From: TPA_inf: Saccharomyces
Lineage: Eukaryota
Assembly: GCA_000146045.2 (NCBI GenBank)
Contig: BK006941.2
Location: forward strand, 1,026,941-1,090,940
DNA: 64,000 bases
Direction of reading: 5' to 3'
The notes under the pieces are model-generated. The model had not been told where the DNA came from. It saw only the letters and a list, made by a program, of their open reading frames with translations, and ran no database searches. Both the position numbers and the translations under genes were made by a program. Positions 11,775 through 23,018 of the stretch are shown piece after piece. The stretch's first letter is position 1, and the number at the start of each line of letters is the position of its first letter.

Positions 11775-12299
11775 TCATCTGCAGAGTAACCGAGAAAGCC
11801 GTGATATGTGTCTTTTCTCCTTTTTTTTTTGGCTTTCCATAACTTTTTCTTCCAGTTGAGATAAATTTATTGAAGCCTGTGAGTCTTGATTAATGACGGC
11901 AAATCCAGGTCTAGGTTTAAATCCCAACTTAGATGTTTCTAGCTCTTGCAACCAGCGGGGATCTTTTGTTATGGAGTATTCAAATCCACGTATTGTATCC
12001 AATGGCCTTTCATTTCTTGCTCTTGTAGGATTTGAAATATCAGGTGTTTTTATATTCCTACCAAATGTATCCTTCATGGATTTCAAATTTCCATCTTTAT
12101 CGTAAATAACATAACCATTGCAAGTTGAGTTTTCTGTTAACGGATGTATCTTCTGTAAGTTAGAGAAAGTGGCTTCTTCAAAAGGCTGGGCTTCTTGAAC
12201 AGCCTCGAGGATTGGAGCGGCCAAAGAAGAAGAGCGTAATTTAATTCTTGATGTATCATCATCCTTTTCTATCTTATCTGAACTTTCGAAATGTTGCAT
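11775..12299 (-). CDS. YGR273C: Uncharacterised 174-aa protein (probable YGR273C)
   Basis: Clean 174-aa ATG..stop ORF in the gap between EFG1 and TAF1. Size and position fit YGR273C. No recognisable domain. Confidence 0.5.
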   Translation of the reverse strand: MQHFESSDKIEKDDDTSRIKLRSSSLAAPILEAVQEAQPFEEATFSNLQKIHPLTENSTCNGYVIYDKDGNLKSMKDTFGRNIKTPDISNPTRARNERPLDTIRGFEYSITKDPRWLQELETSKLGFKPRPGFAVINQDSQASINLSQLEEKVMESQKKKEKRHISRLSRLLCR

Positions 12300-12954
12300 T
12301 TTTTGATAAACTATGATTTTAGAGCACTTCAGATATTACTTTAGGAAACTTTTGCTTTAATATTCTTAACATTATAAAATTGACGACAGCATCACACTTT
12401 TGAGTGCGTCACAAATGCATATAAATGAAAAAAGGTAACTTAGTTGAGGAAAAAATAGACACAAATTAAAATTTTGATATAATTATAGTAATAAAACTAC
12501 ATAAATCATATTATATTTATCAAGACAAACAGGTTACTATAGGGAAAAAGATTAAATTTTGAGTAAGAATTTGCTTTTGTAAAGGAAAAGAGCAACCAGT
12601 ATGAAAAATGCATATTAGGGAACCTTTTCTGCTATTGTCCTTTATGTTTTAACCTCTGTGATTTCCAATCAGACTGGAAAAATACAAGCTTTAAATACTC
12701 GAGCACAAAGACAACAATTATTGTGTTTAATCAGTGAGTTGGGCTATATTAATGGAACTCAAATAATATGCACTTTTCATCTTACTGCAAAAGTGCACAT
12801 TCACACACCACGTCCATCGTTTAAGGATATGACTCAATAAATTATCAATCTGATCACTGCCAGTGTTTAGAAACATAGTGTACATTTCTTTATTGTTACA
12901 TTATACAAAACCTTTACAAAAGTTTTATTCGATCAATACATCGTTATACTGAAT

Positions 12955-15900
12955 CTACTTTGGTGAAGCAGGGTTATCTTTACTGCTATACATTGGACAA
13001 GATTTATTTGTTCTAATGTGCCCGATTTGTCCGCATGTAGCACATCTCCTTGTAGTGTTCTTACCTTTATTCCTGGCTGCTTTCCCGTCAGTTACACCGG
13101 CAAGGTCGCTACCATTATCCACAGAGTTTTCTGTTCTCGTGGCACCACCATTTCTCTTCGAATTTTGCCTTGCTGCTCTACGTTGCTGTGATTTTTCCAA
13201 ATTAGCTAATTCTAGTTGCAACAGTTTTTTCTGTTTCTCAAGTTCTTCCAAGTTATTTATCTTTGAAGTGTCCTCCTCTAACAATTTGTTAACATCTTCT
13301 TTATCCTGTTCTTTGATTTTTATATATCCTTGAATGACCCTAGGATCTCTTATGAAAATTGTCTGCCTTTGAATTATACCATTTTCATCTCTTTTCTTTC
13401 TAACAATCTTCAGAATTTTCTTATCATCTCTATCCGTCTTAACATGCTTGTTGGTCTGATTAATCTCATCAGGATTGGTCATTTCCTCAAAAGGATTGCT
13501 TATGCTCAACGATTTTGTATGTGTATACCAGGTCTTCGCAATTTCTTCGTCGTAAGCTTTTTGCTGTTGAGCCACATTGTAGCTATGCGTGTTAGTGCCT
13601 TTTTTGTTTGAACTATTGTTATTACTGGAAGGAGAACCAGACTTAACAAAACCACCTTTCATTGAAGTTTTCAAGAAAGAAAAACCTTCACCACAGCCCG
13701 TTGGGTCACCAACACCATGTATTTGTATCATAGCTCGCATTTGTGTTGAATTAATAAAATTTTTTGTAATGTTCCATGGTAACAAGTTTTCTTCTAGAGA
13801 TTTTAGCTTAGAATCAAAATTATATGCTTCATTATCTTCTTGGAATTGTAAGCCCTGACTCATTGATTCAACTTGGCTGATCTGCTCTGGCGTAATTAAA
13901 CTTTTCACTGCTTCATTGTCTAACAATTTTTCATCATCTTTAAGCCTCCACAGACCTTTTTCAGGACCATCTCTTTGATATTTCATGAACTCCTTCACTT
14001 TTTGTCTGTTTTGTCCATAATCTTGGTCGGGAAAGTGCTTTGCAATGGGATCAATAGAAATTGCCTTGCTGTGATTATGGTTTAGAATTCTATAAATAAT
14101 CATTTTCAGTCTTGTAGCTTTCATTGATGTCACCTTTCTTGAATTAGGTCCGGGAATCTCCTCGACAGGAAAAGTTTGTCCAACCGTAAAAAGATGGTTA
14201 ATATTACGTAAGTAAAATCGATTGCTTATACCAAATCCGGAACTTTTTGTCAGAAGAAAATCTGTTCCTGATATATCATGTTTGAAAACGGGTGCTCTAA
14301 TCATGTTATTGTATAATGTGGGGACGATATGACCAGGTTCAACAAATCCAAAGTTCCAAAATGGTGATTTGTCTTGAACTCCCAAAACGTGAGTTTCGCC
14401 AACAGGCAATTTGGGCCTTAGAGTATCTTGTTCATTGGCTTTCCGATAATAATTAATTAATTTATTGGCCATACCAAATTTAGACAAAGCTACCGGTGTT
14501 TGTTCAGAATATTCCATTAAATAAACAGGAGCAGTATCCCCGATGGTTAGATCTTGAGATGTAGAAAATGATTCTTTGACATCTTTACCTTTATCTCTTT
14601 TCCTTTTACGCGCTTTTAACTTACTGAAGACAATTTTAGTACCTGGTCTGATGTGCGAACCAAAGTTTTCACGGTGGAAATGCCTCAACTGGTATCTAGG
14701 AACAGCCACTTTGTAAAATGGAGATTGTAAATTAATCGCAGGTTGAGAATGCTGAATATTTAAGTTCGAGATGGTAGAACGAACTTTTGTTTGATGGGTT
14801 TTTTTCAAGATTTGATATTTATCATCATTAGATAAATTGAATTTTTGTTGCAAAATAGTTTCGTTGAGGGGCAATATCAAGTTACTACTATCCAGTTGTT
14901 GCTTTTGCTGCGCTAAATTATTTGTTTTCTCAATCATCAGCAACAGTTTTTCGTCATTCATATTTAATTCAGCATGTTTAGACTCTTTCAATTTTGCATC
15001 AATGATCATGTCTTCATCCCACTGCCAATCTTCAGCAACATCCTCAATCAAGCTCTTCAATTTATAACCGCCGGAGAACTTTAAGTTGGGTGTCATAGAC
15101 GAATCCGCCAAGGTTGCTGTTGATGAAGTACCTTGGTTGATGATTTTTTCTTGGTCCCAATCATCAGTGGCAATAAGCAAGTCTTCCGATATGGTCTTTT
15201 CATCATGAATAATCTTTCTTTTTTTTTGTTGCTCTTTGATAGGGAAAAGTTCATCAATGGAAACATGAATTAAACCTCTTCGGGATGCAGAAGAGTTACT
15301 TTGAAGTAAATTGTTTTTCCCTTGATAAATCGGAGCGACGTAAGATATTGTCCTTGAGTTGAATAGCCTCTTATCATCCTGTTGAACCTTGAATTTCAAA
15401 TTTAAAGGCATAAACGGTTTCTTTACCCTAGATATTTCACTGTGCCAATGATAAGGAACAGATCTTCTATAAATCAGCTTGTTCCATTTTAAAATTTTAC
15501 CCTTTTCAAAATCAGGAAAGTATTTTTTTAGAAGATACTTCTCATGGTTTATCAAGTCTAATTTGGTGGCTTTCTTATGCTTGCCATCTGACATATCTGG
15601 TTCCATGATAAATCCACCATTTATCGACATATCATTTCCATTAACGCCACCAATGGAAAGTTGAGAATGCCCAATTTCATTTGCGCCACTACCATCAAGA
15701 ACTCCAGTTTCAGTGGCGAGATGAATTTCATTTGCATCCATTCCCATAAACAAAGCATTGCTAGTTGCGGGAGTACCCCCATCATCCTCCAAAATAAACT
15801 GTTGAGACAAATCACCATTAATTTCAGGCAGTTGCATATTCAAACTATTTGAGTCGATACCGAGTACGGCACCGTTCTCGTTTACATCATCATACGCGCC

Positions 15901-16155
15901 CATAGTCATCATAGCTGGATGCAAATTAGCATCAGATTCTTCTGGCAAATCGTCATCGTCATCAGCAAGTTCATCTTCATCTTCAAAATCTACAGCATCC
16001 GGCAAATGCTCCGTATAGTCCTTTGAATTGGCACCTTCATCCCCGCCAATGTATGACCCGATTTCTAAAGAGCCAAACTCTCCGCCAAAAATAGCTTCAT
16101 ATGCTTCATCTTCGTTGGCCAAGTTGGTCTTGCCGGATCCCTGCTGCTTTACCAT
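12955..16155 (-). CDS. TAF1: TFIID largest subunit (TAF1/TAF145)
   Basis: 1066 aa. N-terminal TAND-like segment MVKQQGSGKTNLANEDEAYEAIFGGEFG and acidic stretch. C-terminal CCHC-type zinc knuckle CATCGQIGHIRTNKSC. Length matches yeast TAF1. Confidence 0.9.
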   Translation of the reverse strand: MVKQQGSGKTNLANEDEAYEAIFGGEFGSLEIGSYIGGDEGANSKDYTEHLPDAVDFEDEDELADDDDDLPEESDANLHPAMMTMGAYDDVNENGAVLGIDSNSLNMQLPEINGDLSQQFILEDDGGTPATSNALFMGMDANEIHLATETGVLDGSGANEIGHSQLSIGGVNGNDMSINGGFIMEPDMSDGKHKKATKLDLINHEKYLLKKYFPDFEKGKILKWNKLIYRRSVPYHWHSEISRVKKPFMPLNLKFKVQQDDKRLFNSRTISYVAPIYQGKNNLLQSNSSASRRGLIHVSIDELFPIKEQQKKRKIIHDEKTISEDLLIATDDWDQEKIINQGTSSTATLADSSMTPNLKFSGGYKLKSLIEDVAEDWQWDEDMIIDAKLKESKHAELNMNDEKLLLMIEKTNNLAQQKQQLDSSNLILPLNETILQQKFNLSNDDKYQILKKTHQTKVRSTISNLNIQHSQPAINLQSPFYKVAVPRYQLRHFHRENFGSHIRPGTKIVFSKLKARKRKRDKGKDVKESFSTSQDLTIGDTAPVYLMEYSEQTPVALSKFGMANKLINYYRKANEQDTLRPKLPVGETHVLGVQDKSPFWNFGFVEPGHIVPTLYNNMIRAPVFKHDISGTDFLLTKSSGFGISNRFYLRNINHLFTVGQTFPVEEIPGPNSRKVTSMKATRLKMIIYRILNHNHSKAISIDPIAKHFPDQDYGQNRQKVKEFMKYQRDGPEKGLWRLKDDEKLLDNEAVKSLITPEQISQVESMSQGLQFQEDNEAYNFDSKLKSLEENLLPWNITKNFINSTQMRAMIQIHGVGDPTGCGEGFSFLKTSMKGGFVKSGSPSSNNNSSNKKGTNTHSYNVAQQQKAYDEEIAKTWYTHTKSLSISNPFEEMTNPDEINQTNKHVKTDRDDKKILKIVRKKRDENGIIQRQTIFIRDPRVIQGYIKIKEQDKEDVNKLLEEDTSKINNLEELEKQKKLLQLELANLEKSQQRRAARQNSKRNGGATRTENSVDNGSDLAGVTDGKAARNKGKNTTRRCATCGQIGHIRTNKSCPMYSSKDNPASPK

Positions 16156-16335
16156 ATCGCCTTATACTCCTGTTGTACTTCTTTTTCTCTCTGTGTTTAA
16201 AATGCTATTTATTCTCTTAAAAGCACATTTGAAAACCATCGCCGCGAAATGAAATTATCGACTAGTTTATTAATGAACAAGGCGATAAAACCTAATGTTG
16301 GAAAGAAAGAGCTACGTCAGCAAGAGATAGAGAAA

Positions 16336-16809
16336 ATGGACCCACAGACGCTCATTACTAAGGCCAATAAGGTTTCTTACTATGGCAACCCTACGAGTAA
16401 GGAATCATGGAGGTATGATTGGTACCAACCATCTAAGGTGAGCTCCAATGTGCAGCAACCACAACAACAGCTAGGGGACATGGAGAATAACTTGGAGAAA
16501 TATCCATTCAGGTATAAAACATGGTTGAGGAACCAGGAAGATGAGAAAAATCTACAGAGGGAGAGCTGTGAGGATATATTAGATTTGAAAGAATTTGATA
16601 GAAGAATACTGAAAAAGTCGTTGATGACATCGCACACTAAGGGTGATACAAGTAAGGCCACCGGTGCTCCTTCTGCTAATCAAGGAGATGAAGCTCTTAG
16701 TGTGGATGATATAAGAGGCGCTGTCGGTAATAGTGAAGCCATTCCTGGGTTATCTGCGGGAGTGAACAATGATAATACAAAGGAGAGTAAAGATGTGAAA
16801 ATGAATTAA
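16336..16809 (+). CDS. RTT102: Rtt102, small SWI/SNF and RSC subunit
   Basis: ORF track gives 186 aa from an upstream ATG at 16249. The 157-aa protein beginning MDPQTLITKANKVSYYGNP at ATG 16336 matches the known RTT102 length. Stop TAA at 16807-16809. Start choice between 16249 and 16336 is by recall of protein length. Confidence 0.75.
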   Translation: MDPQTLITKANKVSYYGNPTSKESWRYDWYQPSKVSSNVQQPQQQLGDMENNLEKYPFRYKTWLRNQEDEKNLQRESCEDILDLKEFDRRILKKSLMTSHTKGDTSKATGAPSANQGDEALSVDDIRGAVGNSEAIPGLSAGVNNDNTKESKDVKMN

Positions 16810-16823
16810 AAGGAAAAGTATTA

Positions 16824-16827
<4 letters not shown>

Positions 16828-16857
<30 letters not shown>
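16828..16857. repeat. (TA)n microsatellite, about 14 units, in the 69-bp gap between convergent RTT102 and RNH70
   Basis: CATATATATATATATATATATATATATATTTATATATTT lies directly between the two stop codons. Confidence 0.9.
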
Positions 16858-16864
<7 letters not shown>

Positions 16865-16878
16865 TTATACACATAGAA

Positions 16879-18540
16879 TTATTTTACAGTAAAGGATGCT
16901 ACACCACCCCGGGCTAACTTTATGGCTTCTACTATTTCAGGTTCCCTTTCGCGTCTTTTATCTAATCTTTCCTTTTTGTCTTGAATAAACTCTAACTCAG
17001 TTGAAAGATTGTTCCATGGTCTTGTGTCGCCTGTACCCGACATGATCAAAATCATAGTACCTGGTGTAGCATTCTCGTATAATTGTGTTAGATGTTGCCC
17101 TATATCATGAAGAACCATGGACGCATCGAACGAAGGAGTTTCCTTCCGTGGCTTTTTATTATAGTTGCGTGACCTCTCTAAGTTCTTGATTCTCCCCACA
17201 ATAAGTTTGACATCTTTATTTAGATTCTCGTGAATATGGGTCCATGTCTCATCATCTTCGACGCAACGGATTAACTGGCCCTTAGAATCGTCCTCAGTAT
17301 GATTTTTAATAATCATATCGTTGAGAAGAACGGTTTTCACTTCAAAACGATGTAATTTGGTGAACAAGTTCTCCGTATTGATACCTATCCCAAATGCTAA
17401 CCCATTTAAGATTTTTAATTTCGTCAATTCAAGACAAGCCCTTGCATCTTCGACAGAATCGTGTTCTCCGTTTTGAATGCTTTTATTCAGAAAGGTTTCG
17501 CTCAAGTATTTTAAACTTGGCTTGAAAGGATCGCCAGCTTTATGATGGTATATAATAGCTGTATCCACGACCAATGGATGTTTCAATTTCATGACTTTCA
17601 AATCATTCTGTAGCGAATGTCCTATCAAAATATCTGAACGACTTATTATCTTTAGTAAATCTTTTTGTACTTCTCGCAATGTTTTCTTGGCACCAACAGT
17701 TAGTTTCTCTTCAGTTATACCACTGTAACGTGTCAAATAGTCCACTATGGGGACATCAGGTTTCACCAACTCTTCATAGATAACTTCATTGTCAAAATTC
17801 ACTAGAGAAATCCTAGTTAGAACTAAACCTTGTTCGGAAAGACACATTTCACAGTCTAGTGCAAAGATGTGGGAGCCACCATGGGTAAAGTCAACAGTTT
17901 GTACCCAGTCTGTATCAAAATTGGTGTCTCCAGAATCCAGTGGGTAATCGTTTGCCACTAACTGTTGTTCGGATAGAACCAAATCGTTAATAGTAATTTT
18001 CTTCTTCTTTTGTAACTCTTTCAATTTATTTATTTTCTCCATTTTGGACAATCCAACATTAATAAATGAATTGTAGGGCGAAAAGAGCGTCATCTTGGAA
18101 CCAGGTGCCATCACGGGAAATGTATGAAACGTGGAGGCAATTTCTCCAGGAATATATTTGAAGTTATCATCACTGATTTCATTAAAGGTATTTTTTCCGT
18201 TCTCAAAATCATCTGGTTGTAAACCTGGAATGAACAGAACTATCATTTTCTGTAAACTTGACCTGTTACAAATATCAATCCATTTGGGAGAGTTGTTTTC
18301 AGCCTGCAACAAGTATTGAGTCATGTCTCTTACATCCTTTATACCAATACCTTTTTCAACCACAGACTTTAGCAATGTGCATGTCATAGGCTTTGCCTTT
18401 TTTTTCTTCTTATTCTTATTCACTTCCGATACCACATTTGTATGATCATCCTCTTGTACAGAAGTCTTGGATAACCTTCTTTTCTTTGATCCCAAAGCCA
18501 AATCACTCACGAAGTTAGTGTCAGGCCCTTCTACTTGCAT
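16879..18540 (-). CDS. RNH70: RNase H(70)/Rex1-family DEDDh 3'-5' exonuclease
   Basis: 553 aa. DEDDh exonuclease motifs: LDCEM (Exo I), internal Exo II, GHSLQNDL (Exo III H-x4-D). Position matches YGR276C. Confidence 0.88.
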   Translation of the reverse strand: MQVEGPDTNFVSDLALGSKKRRLSKTSVQEDDHTNVVSEVNKNKKKKKAKPMTCTLLKSVVEKGIGIKDVRDMTQYLLQAENNSPKWIDICNRSSLQKMIVLFIPGLQPDDFENGKNTFNEISDDNFKYIPGEIASTFHTFPVMAPGSKMTLFSPYNSFINVGLSKMEKINKLKELQKKKKITINDLVLSEQQLVANDYPLDSGDTNFDTDWVQTVDFTHGGSHIFALDCEMCLSEQGLVLTRISLVNFDNEVIYEELVKPDVPIVDYLTRYSGITEEKLTVGAKKTLREVQKDLLKIISRSDILIGHSLQNDLKVMKLKHPLVVDTAIIYHHKAGDPFKPSLKYLSETFLNKSIQNGEHDSVEDARACLELTKLKILNGLAFGIGINTENLFTKLHRFEVKTVLLNDMIIKNHTEDDSKGQLIRCVEDDETWTHIHENLNKDVKLIVGRIKNLERSRNYNKKPRKETPSFDASMVLHDIGQHLTQLYENATPGTMILIMSGTGDTRPWNNLSTELEFIQDKKERLDKRREREPEIVEAIKLARGGVASFTVK

Positions 18541-18703
18541 GTTTGCCTGAGTATAGTCTATTATTGTTTTCTTCCTCAGTCATCCTTGGTATTGCCATCG
18601 AGCAAAAATCTTCCCTCCATTTCTATTGTGTCCTCGCGCCACTTATAAAATACTAACAATAAAATAATAGTGAACTACAACAATAAAATATACAAAAATA
18701 TGT

Positions 18704-19621
18704 TTATACGCAAGGGTTTTGTGGAGTGCACGTTGGCGAAGCAGAGGACTTAAGTAGGCGTCTGATTTCCGTGCTGCTTAACTTCTCGCTCCAGCCGTCT
18801 TCCTCCCTTCCTCCAAGTACATTAACCACATGTACTGCCAATGGGCTCATGCCTTTTTCAATCCTAGTCTTATTCACAGTCTCTGCCCCACTGACGGTTT
18901 CTCTACTCACAACTAAACATTCTATCTCGGGTACTTTCCCTGTGGGGCCGCACACGTCCCTTAAGGGAACTAGTTCTACGGAGAGATCCGGTTTTAACAA
19001 CTTGATGAATTGATGTACGTGCCTGCATCGTGTATCATAAGGTTCAATCAACTCTTTGTATTTCTTGTTTTGCAAGAGCTCATCGCACGTAATTCCACAA
19101 ATTAACCTTTGTGACGTGATGAATGTAGAGACGCTCAACAATATTTTATGTCCATCGTGAATGTGGTCGAACGTTCCGCCCAATGCGGTGACATGAAATT
19201 TGTTAGCATCTTTGGGACCTTCTATCTCTTCCATTATATTATCGTGTAATGCATAATGTTCTATACTATGGTATTGTCCTTGTCCCAACTCTAGCTTCCA
19301 AGTTTCAAAAGTGGATTCCTGTGGCAATAAAACCACTTTCCATTGCAAATTACTCTCGACGAAATGAATATTGTTGAATATGATGTTGATTCCGCTGTTG
19401 ATCATTCCATAGCCCAAAAGGACATCCCTGGTAATACTGTACATCTTCCCTAGCGCAGAATCCAACTGGAATGAGGTTTTGAATTCAGGTACAATCACGA
19501 TGTCTAGTTGACTTTGACATTCTCTTAAGAACGGAATAGTTTGCCCTATAATCCTCTGCAAAGTAGCACTAGGCGGTGTATAAGGAAGAACAATCAAAAC
19601 TCTGGAATTTTCCTCAACCAT
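18704..19621 (-). CDS. CAB4: Phosphopantetheine adenylyltransferase of the CoA synthesis complex (Cab4)
   Basis: 305 aa. Nucleotidyltransferase HxGH motif within GGTFDHIHDGH. Length and position match YGR277C. Confidence 0.85.
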   Translation of the reverse strand: MVEENSRVLIVLPYTPPSATLQRIIGQTIPFLRECQSQLDIVIVPEFKTSFQLDSALGKMYSITRDVLLGYGMINSGINIIFNNIHFVESNLQWKVVLLPQESTFETWKLELGQGQYHSIEHYALHDNIMEEIEGPKDANKFHVTALGGTFDHIHDGHKILLSVSTFITSQRLICGITCDELLQNKKYKELIEPYDTRCRHVHQFIKLLKPDLSVELVPLRDVCGPTGKVPEIECLVVSRETVSGAETVNKTRIEKGMSPLAVHVVNVLGGREEDGWSEKLSSTEIRRLLKSSASPTCTPQNPCV

Positions 19622-19790
19622 CTTACACTTCTTTACTTTAGATTTTTAGGTTTAATCACGTCTCTTTTTATGACGGTCCTTATTTTTATCTTTTTCCATT
19701 ACGTACTCTTGAAAAATTATATTACACTGATATTTATTTTGGCATTGTGAGTAAGAAACCTAAAAAGGAATAAAAAGGCTACAAACCAGC

Positions 19791-21524
19791 ATGTCTACCG
19801 CTACCATACAGGATGAAGACATTAAATTTCAGAGAGAAAACTGGGAAATGATAAGGTCACACGTTTCACCCATAATATCCAATTTAACAATGGACAACTT
19901 ACAGGAATCGCACAGAGACTTATTTCAAGTCAATATACTTATTGGCCGCAACATAATTTGTAAAAATGTTGTGGATTTTACTCTGAACAAACAGAATGGC
20001 AGGCTAATCCCTGCTTTATCCGCTTTGATTGCCTTGCTAAATTCTGATATTCCAGATATTGGAGAAACTTTAGCAAAAGAACTAATGTTAATGTTCGTGC
20101 AGCAATTCAATCGCAAAGATTACGTGTCCTGCGGAAATATCCTTCAATGTCTGTCCATTTTATTTCTTTATGATGTAATTCATGAAATCGTGATCTTACA
20201 GATTCTATTGCTACTCCTTGAAAAGAATTCTTTACGACTGGTCATTGCCGTGATGAAAATATGTGGCTGGAAACTTGCACTTGTCAGTAAGAAAACCCAT
20301 GATATGATTTGGGAGAAGTTAAGATATATTTTGCAAACACAGGAGTTATCTAGTACACTACGTGAGTCGTTAGAGACTCTGTTTGAAATAAGGCAAAAAG
20401 ATTATAAATCTGGGTCTCAAGGTCTGTTTATATTGGACCCAACTAGTTACACAGTTCATACGCACTCCTATATTGTTAGTGATGAGGATGAAGCCAACAA
20501 AGAACTGGGAAATTTTGAAAAGTGTGAAAATTTCAATGAACTAACCATGGCGTTTGATACGCTACGACAGAAGCTGCTGATAAATAATACGTCCGACACA
20601 AATGAAGGTAGTAACAGTCAATTACAAATCTATGACATGACATCTACCAATGATGTCGAGTTTAAAAAGAAGATTTATTTGGTTCTGAAAAGTTCATTAT
20701 CAGGTGACGAAGCGGCTCACAAATTGCTAAAATTAAAGATTGCGAACAATTTGAAAAAAAGCGTGGTAGATATAATCATCAAATCTAGTTTGCAGGAATC
20801 TACATTCTCTAAATTTTATTCTATTTTGTCCGAACGTATGATAACGTTCCACAGGAGTTGGCAGACAGCTTACAATGAAACTTTTGAGCAGAATTATACA
20901 CAAGATATCGAAGATTATGAAACTGACCAACTGCGAATCTTAGGTAAGTTTTGGGGACACTTAATATCTTATGAATTTCTTCCAATGGACTGTCTTAAGA
21001 TAATTAAGTTAACTGAGGAAGAATCGTGTCCTCAAGGAAGAATTTTCATCAAATTTTTATTTCAAGAGCTCGTAAATGAGCTCGGATTAGATGAGCTGCA
21101 ATTAAGGCTAAACTCCAGCAAGCTTGACGGAATGTTTCCGCTGGAAGGAGACGCCGAACATATAAGATACTCCATAAATTTCTTTACTGCCATAGGATTG
21201 GGCCTGCTCACAGAGGACATGAGAAGCCGGTTGACAATTATTCAAGAAGTTGAGGATGCAGAGGAAGAAGAAAAAAAATTGAGAGAAGAGGAGGAACTTG
21301 AAAAGTTACGGAAGAAGGCCAGAGAGTCACAACCAACCCAAGGGCCAAAAATTCACGAATCCAGGTTATTTTTACAGAAGGACACCAGAGAAAATAGTAG
21401 ATCAAGATCGCCATTCACAGTGGAAACAAGAAAACGTGCTAGATCCAGAACTCCACCAAGAGGATCGAGAAACCATCGTAACAGATCCAGGACTCCGCCT
21501 GCAAGAAGGCAACGGCATAGATGA
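19791..21524 (+). CDS. CWC22: Spliceosome-associated MIF4G/MA3 protein (Cwc22)
   Basis: 577 aa. Helical-repeat middle region. C-terminal basic RS-like tail SRSRSPFTVETRKRARSRTPPRGSRNHRNRSRTPPARRQRHR. Confidence 0.85.
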   Translation: MSTATIQDEDIKFQRENWEMIRSHVSPIISNLTMDNLQESHRDLFQVNILIGRNIICKNVVDFTLNKQNGRLIPALSALIALLNSDIPDIGETLAKELMLMFVQQFNRKDYVSCGNILQCLSILFLYDVIHEIVILQILLLLLEKNSLRLVIAVMKICGWKLALVSKKTHDMIWEKLRYILQTQELSSTLRESLETLFEIRQKDYKSGSQGLFILDPTSYTVHTHSYIVSDEDEANKELGNFEKCENFNELTMAFDTLRQKLLINNTSDTNEGSNSQLQIYDMTSTNDVEFKKKIYLVLKSSLSGDEAAHKLLKLKIANNLKKSVVDIIIKSSLQESTFSKFYSILSERMITFHRSWQTAYNETFEQNYTQDIEDYETDQLRILGKFWGHLISYEFLPMDCLKIIKLTEEESCPQGRIFIKFLFQELVNELGLDELQLRLNSSKLDGMFPLEGDAEHIRYSINFFTAIGLGLLTEDMRSRLTIIQEVEDAEEEEKKLREEEELEKLRKKARESQPTQGPKIHESRLFLQKDTRENSRSRSPFTVETRKRARSRTPPRGSRNHRNRSRTPPARRQRHR

Positions 21525-21857
21525 AGAGCCCGGCCAAACAAACATTACACATGTAATCGTACATATTTACATAGAACCGTACACGCTTTTAGCCAAAAAA
21601 AAAAGAAAGGTAGAATATAAAATAAAAACTCGTATTTCGTATTAAGACAAATATACAGAAATACAAATGAGATCATAAACGAACTAAAATAGGAAAATGA
21701 AAAAAAAAAAAAAAGATTAGCGAAGGCAAACCAGAAAGCAGTCCTTTGATATAACAGAGAAAAAGAAGATTATCAAAGCCTTAATTTAAAGTTAAAAATA
21801 TTGGGTATCGTTTTTTAAATCAAGATTTTTTTTGTTTTTTTTTACAATTGAGTAGAC

Positions 21858-23018
21858 TTATTCATTGGATAGAATACCCCAGTATTTTTCAACACCGTAA
21901 GCACCGTCGGCCTTCCAGTAGTCGTTGAAGGCAGTGAATAAGAAGGTATCAGCACCACAGGAGCTGGTAATGGCGGAAACAGCGTCCTTTTGATTTTCCT
22001 TAGATGGAACAGCAACACCGTAAGTCTCACCCTTTGATGGCCAACCAGACTCAGTGATAACAACATTCTTCTTACCATCACAAGCAGTCCAGACTCTTTG
22101 GATTTGTTCTAGTAACCATTTACCGGAGTCTTGGGCAACTGTGTTCTTGTCAAAGTAAGCATGGGCATTAACAGCCATGTAGTCGGAGTAGTCACACAAT
22201 TCAGGGTTGTTGATCACAGCAATAAAAGTATCAACAGAAACAACTGGACCAGTGTAACCGGCAGCCTTCAAGGCAGATCTACCAGAGTCAATGTATTGAC
22301 CGACTTGGGATGGGGTAGCTTGGTTACCGTTAACCAATTCGTTACCAATGGAAACAGTGGTGACATCGTCCCAAGAACCGTAAGATTCAACAGCAGACTT
22401 GATGGTGTTGACACCGTCTTGGATTTGGTCAACGTAGTAAATACCTAAAAAGACTTTTTGGTTCGAAGCCTTAGCCTTGAAAACATTTTCAACTTGGTTA
22501 CAGTCGGTACCGTACAATCTAATGACTGGGAAGTCAGTCAATTGAGCTAAATCGGAAGCAACTTCCGAAGCGGATTTACAAGCACCGCTGGACTCGTATG
22601 GGGTATAAGTGATACCTCTGACACCAGAGGCAAAGCTGCTGACGTCTTCGCCGGAAGAACTAGAGGAAGAAGCTTGGGAGGAAGAGGAAGATTGAGTAGA
22701 TGTAGCAGCAGAGCTGGAGGCTGGAGATGCGGCAGCAGAAACTTGTGAGTTGTTCTCAGAAGAGGAAGCAGCAGCGGTAGCTACAGAAGCAGCAGACGAT
22801 GTTGTACTGGTAGCGGCAGCTGGAGCGGAGTTGACAACAGCATTTTCTTCCAAAGCAGCAACTGGAGTTGAAGCGGCACCATTAACAATGATAGTGGTTT
22901 GTTTTTGAACAGTGGTAGTGACCACAGCACGCTTGTCCTTGTGTTCGTGGTTAGCGGGAGCAGCAAGAGTAGCAGCAGATAAAAGAGAGGCAGAAGCAAT
23001 TAGGTTAGAGAGACGCAT
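21858..23018 (-). CDS. SCW4: Secreted cell-wall GH17 glucanase-like protein (Scw4)
   Basis: 386 aa. N-terminal signal peptide MRLSNLIASASLLSAATLA. Ser/Ala/Thr-rich linker. GH17 domain with nucleophile motif VITESGWPS. Confidence 0.88.
   Translation of the reverse strand: MRLSNLIASASLLSAATLAAPANHEHKDKRAVVTTTVQKQTTIIVNGAASTPVAALEENAVVNSAPAAATSTTSSAASVATAAASSSENNSQVSAAASPASSSAATSTQSSSSSQASSSSSSGEDVSSFASGVRGITYTPYESSGACKSASEVASDLAQLTDFPVIRLYGTDCNQVENVFKAKASNQKVFLGIYYVDQIQDGVNTIKSAVESYGSWDDVTTVSIGNELVNGNQATPSQVGQYIDSGRSALKAAGYTGPVVSVDTFIAVINNPELCDYSDYMAVNAHAYFDKNTVAQDSGKWLLEQIQRVWTACDGKKNVVITESGWPSKGETYGVAVPSKENQKDAVSAITSSCGADTFLFTAFNDYWKADGAYGVEKYWGILSNE

Noticed and set aside
13016-13858. Three plus-strand ORFs (105, 93, 89 aa) antisense within TAF1
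   Set aside because: Internal antisense ORFs inside a 1066-aa conserved gene. No motifs. Typical random ORFs.
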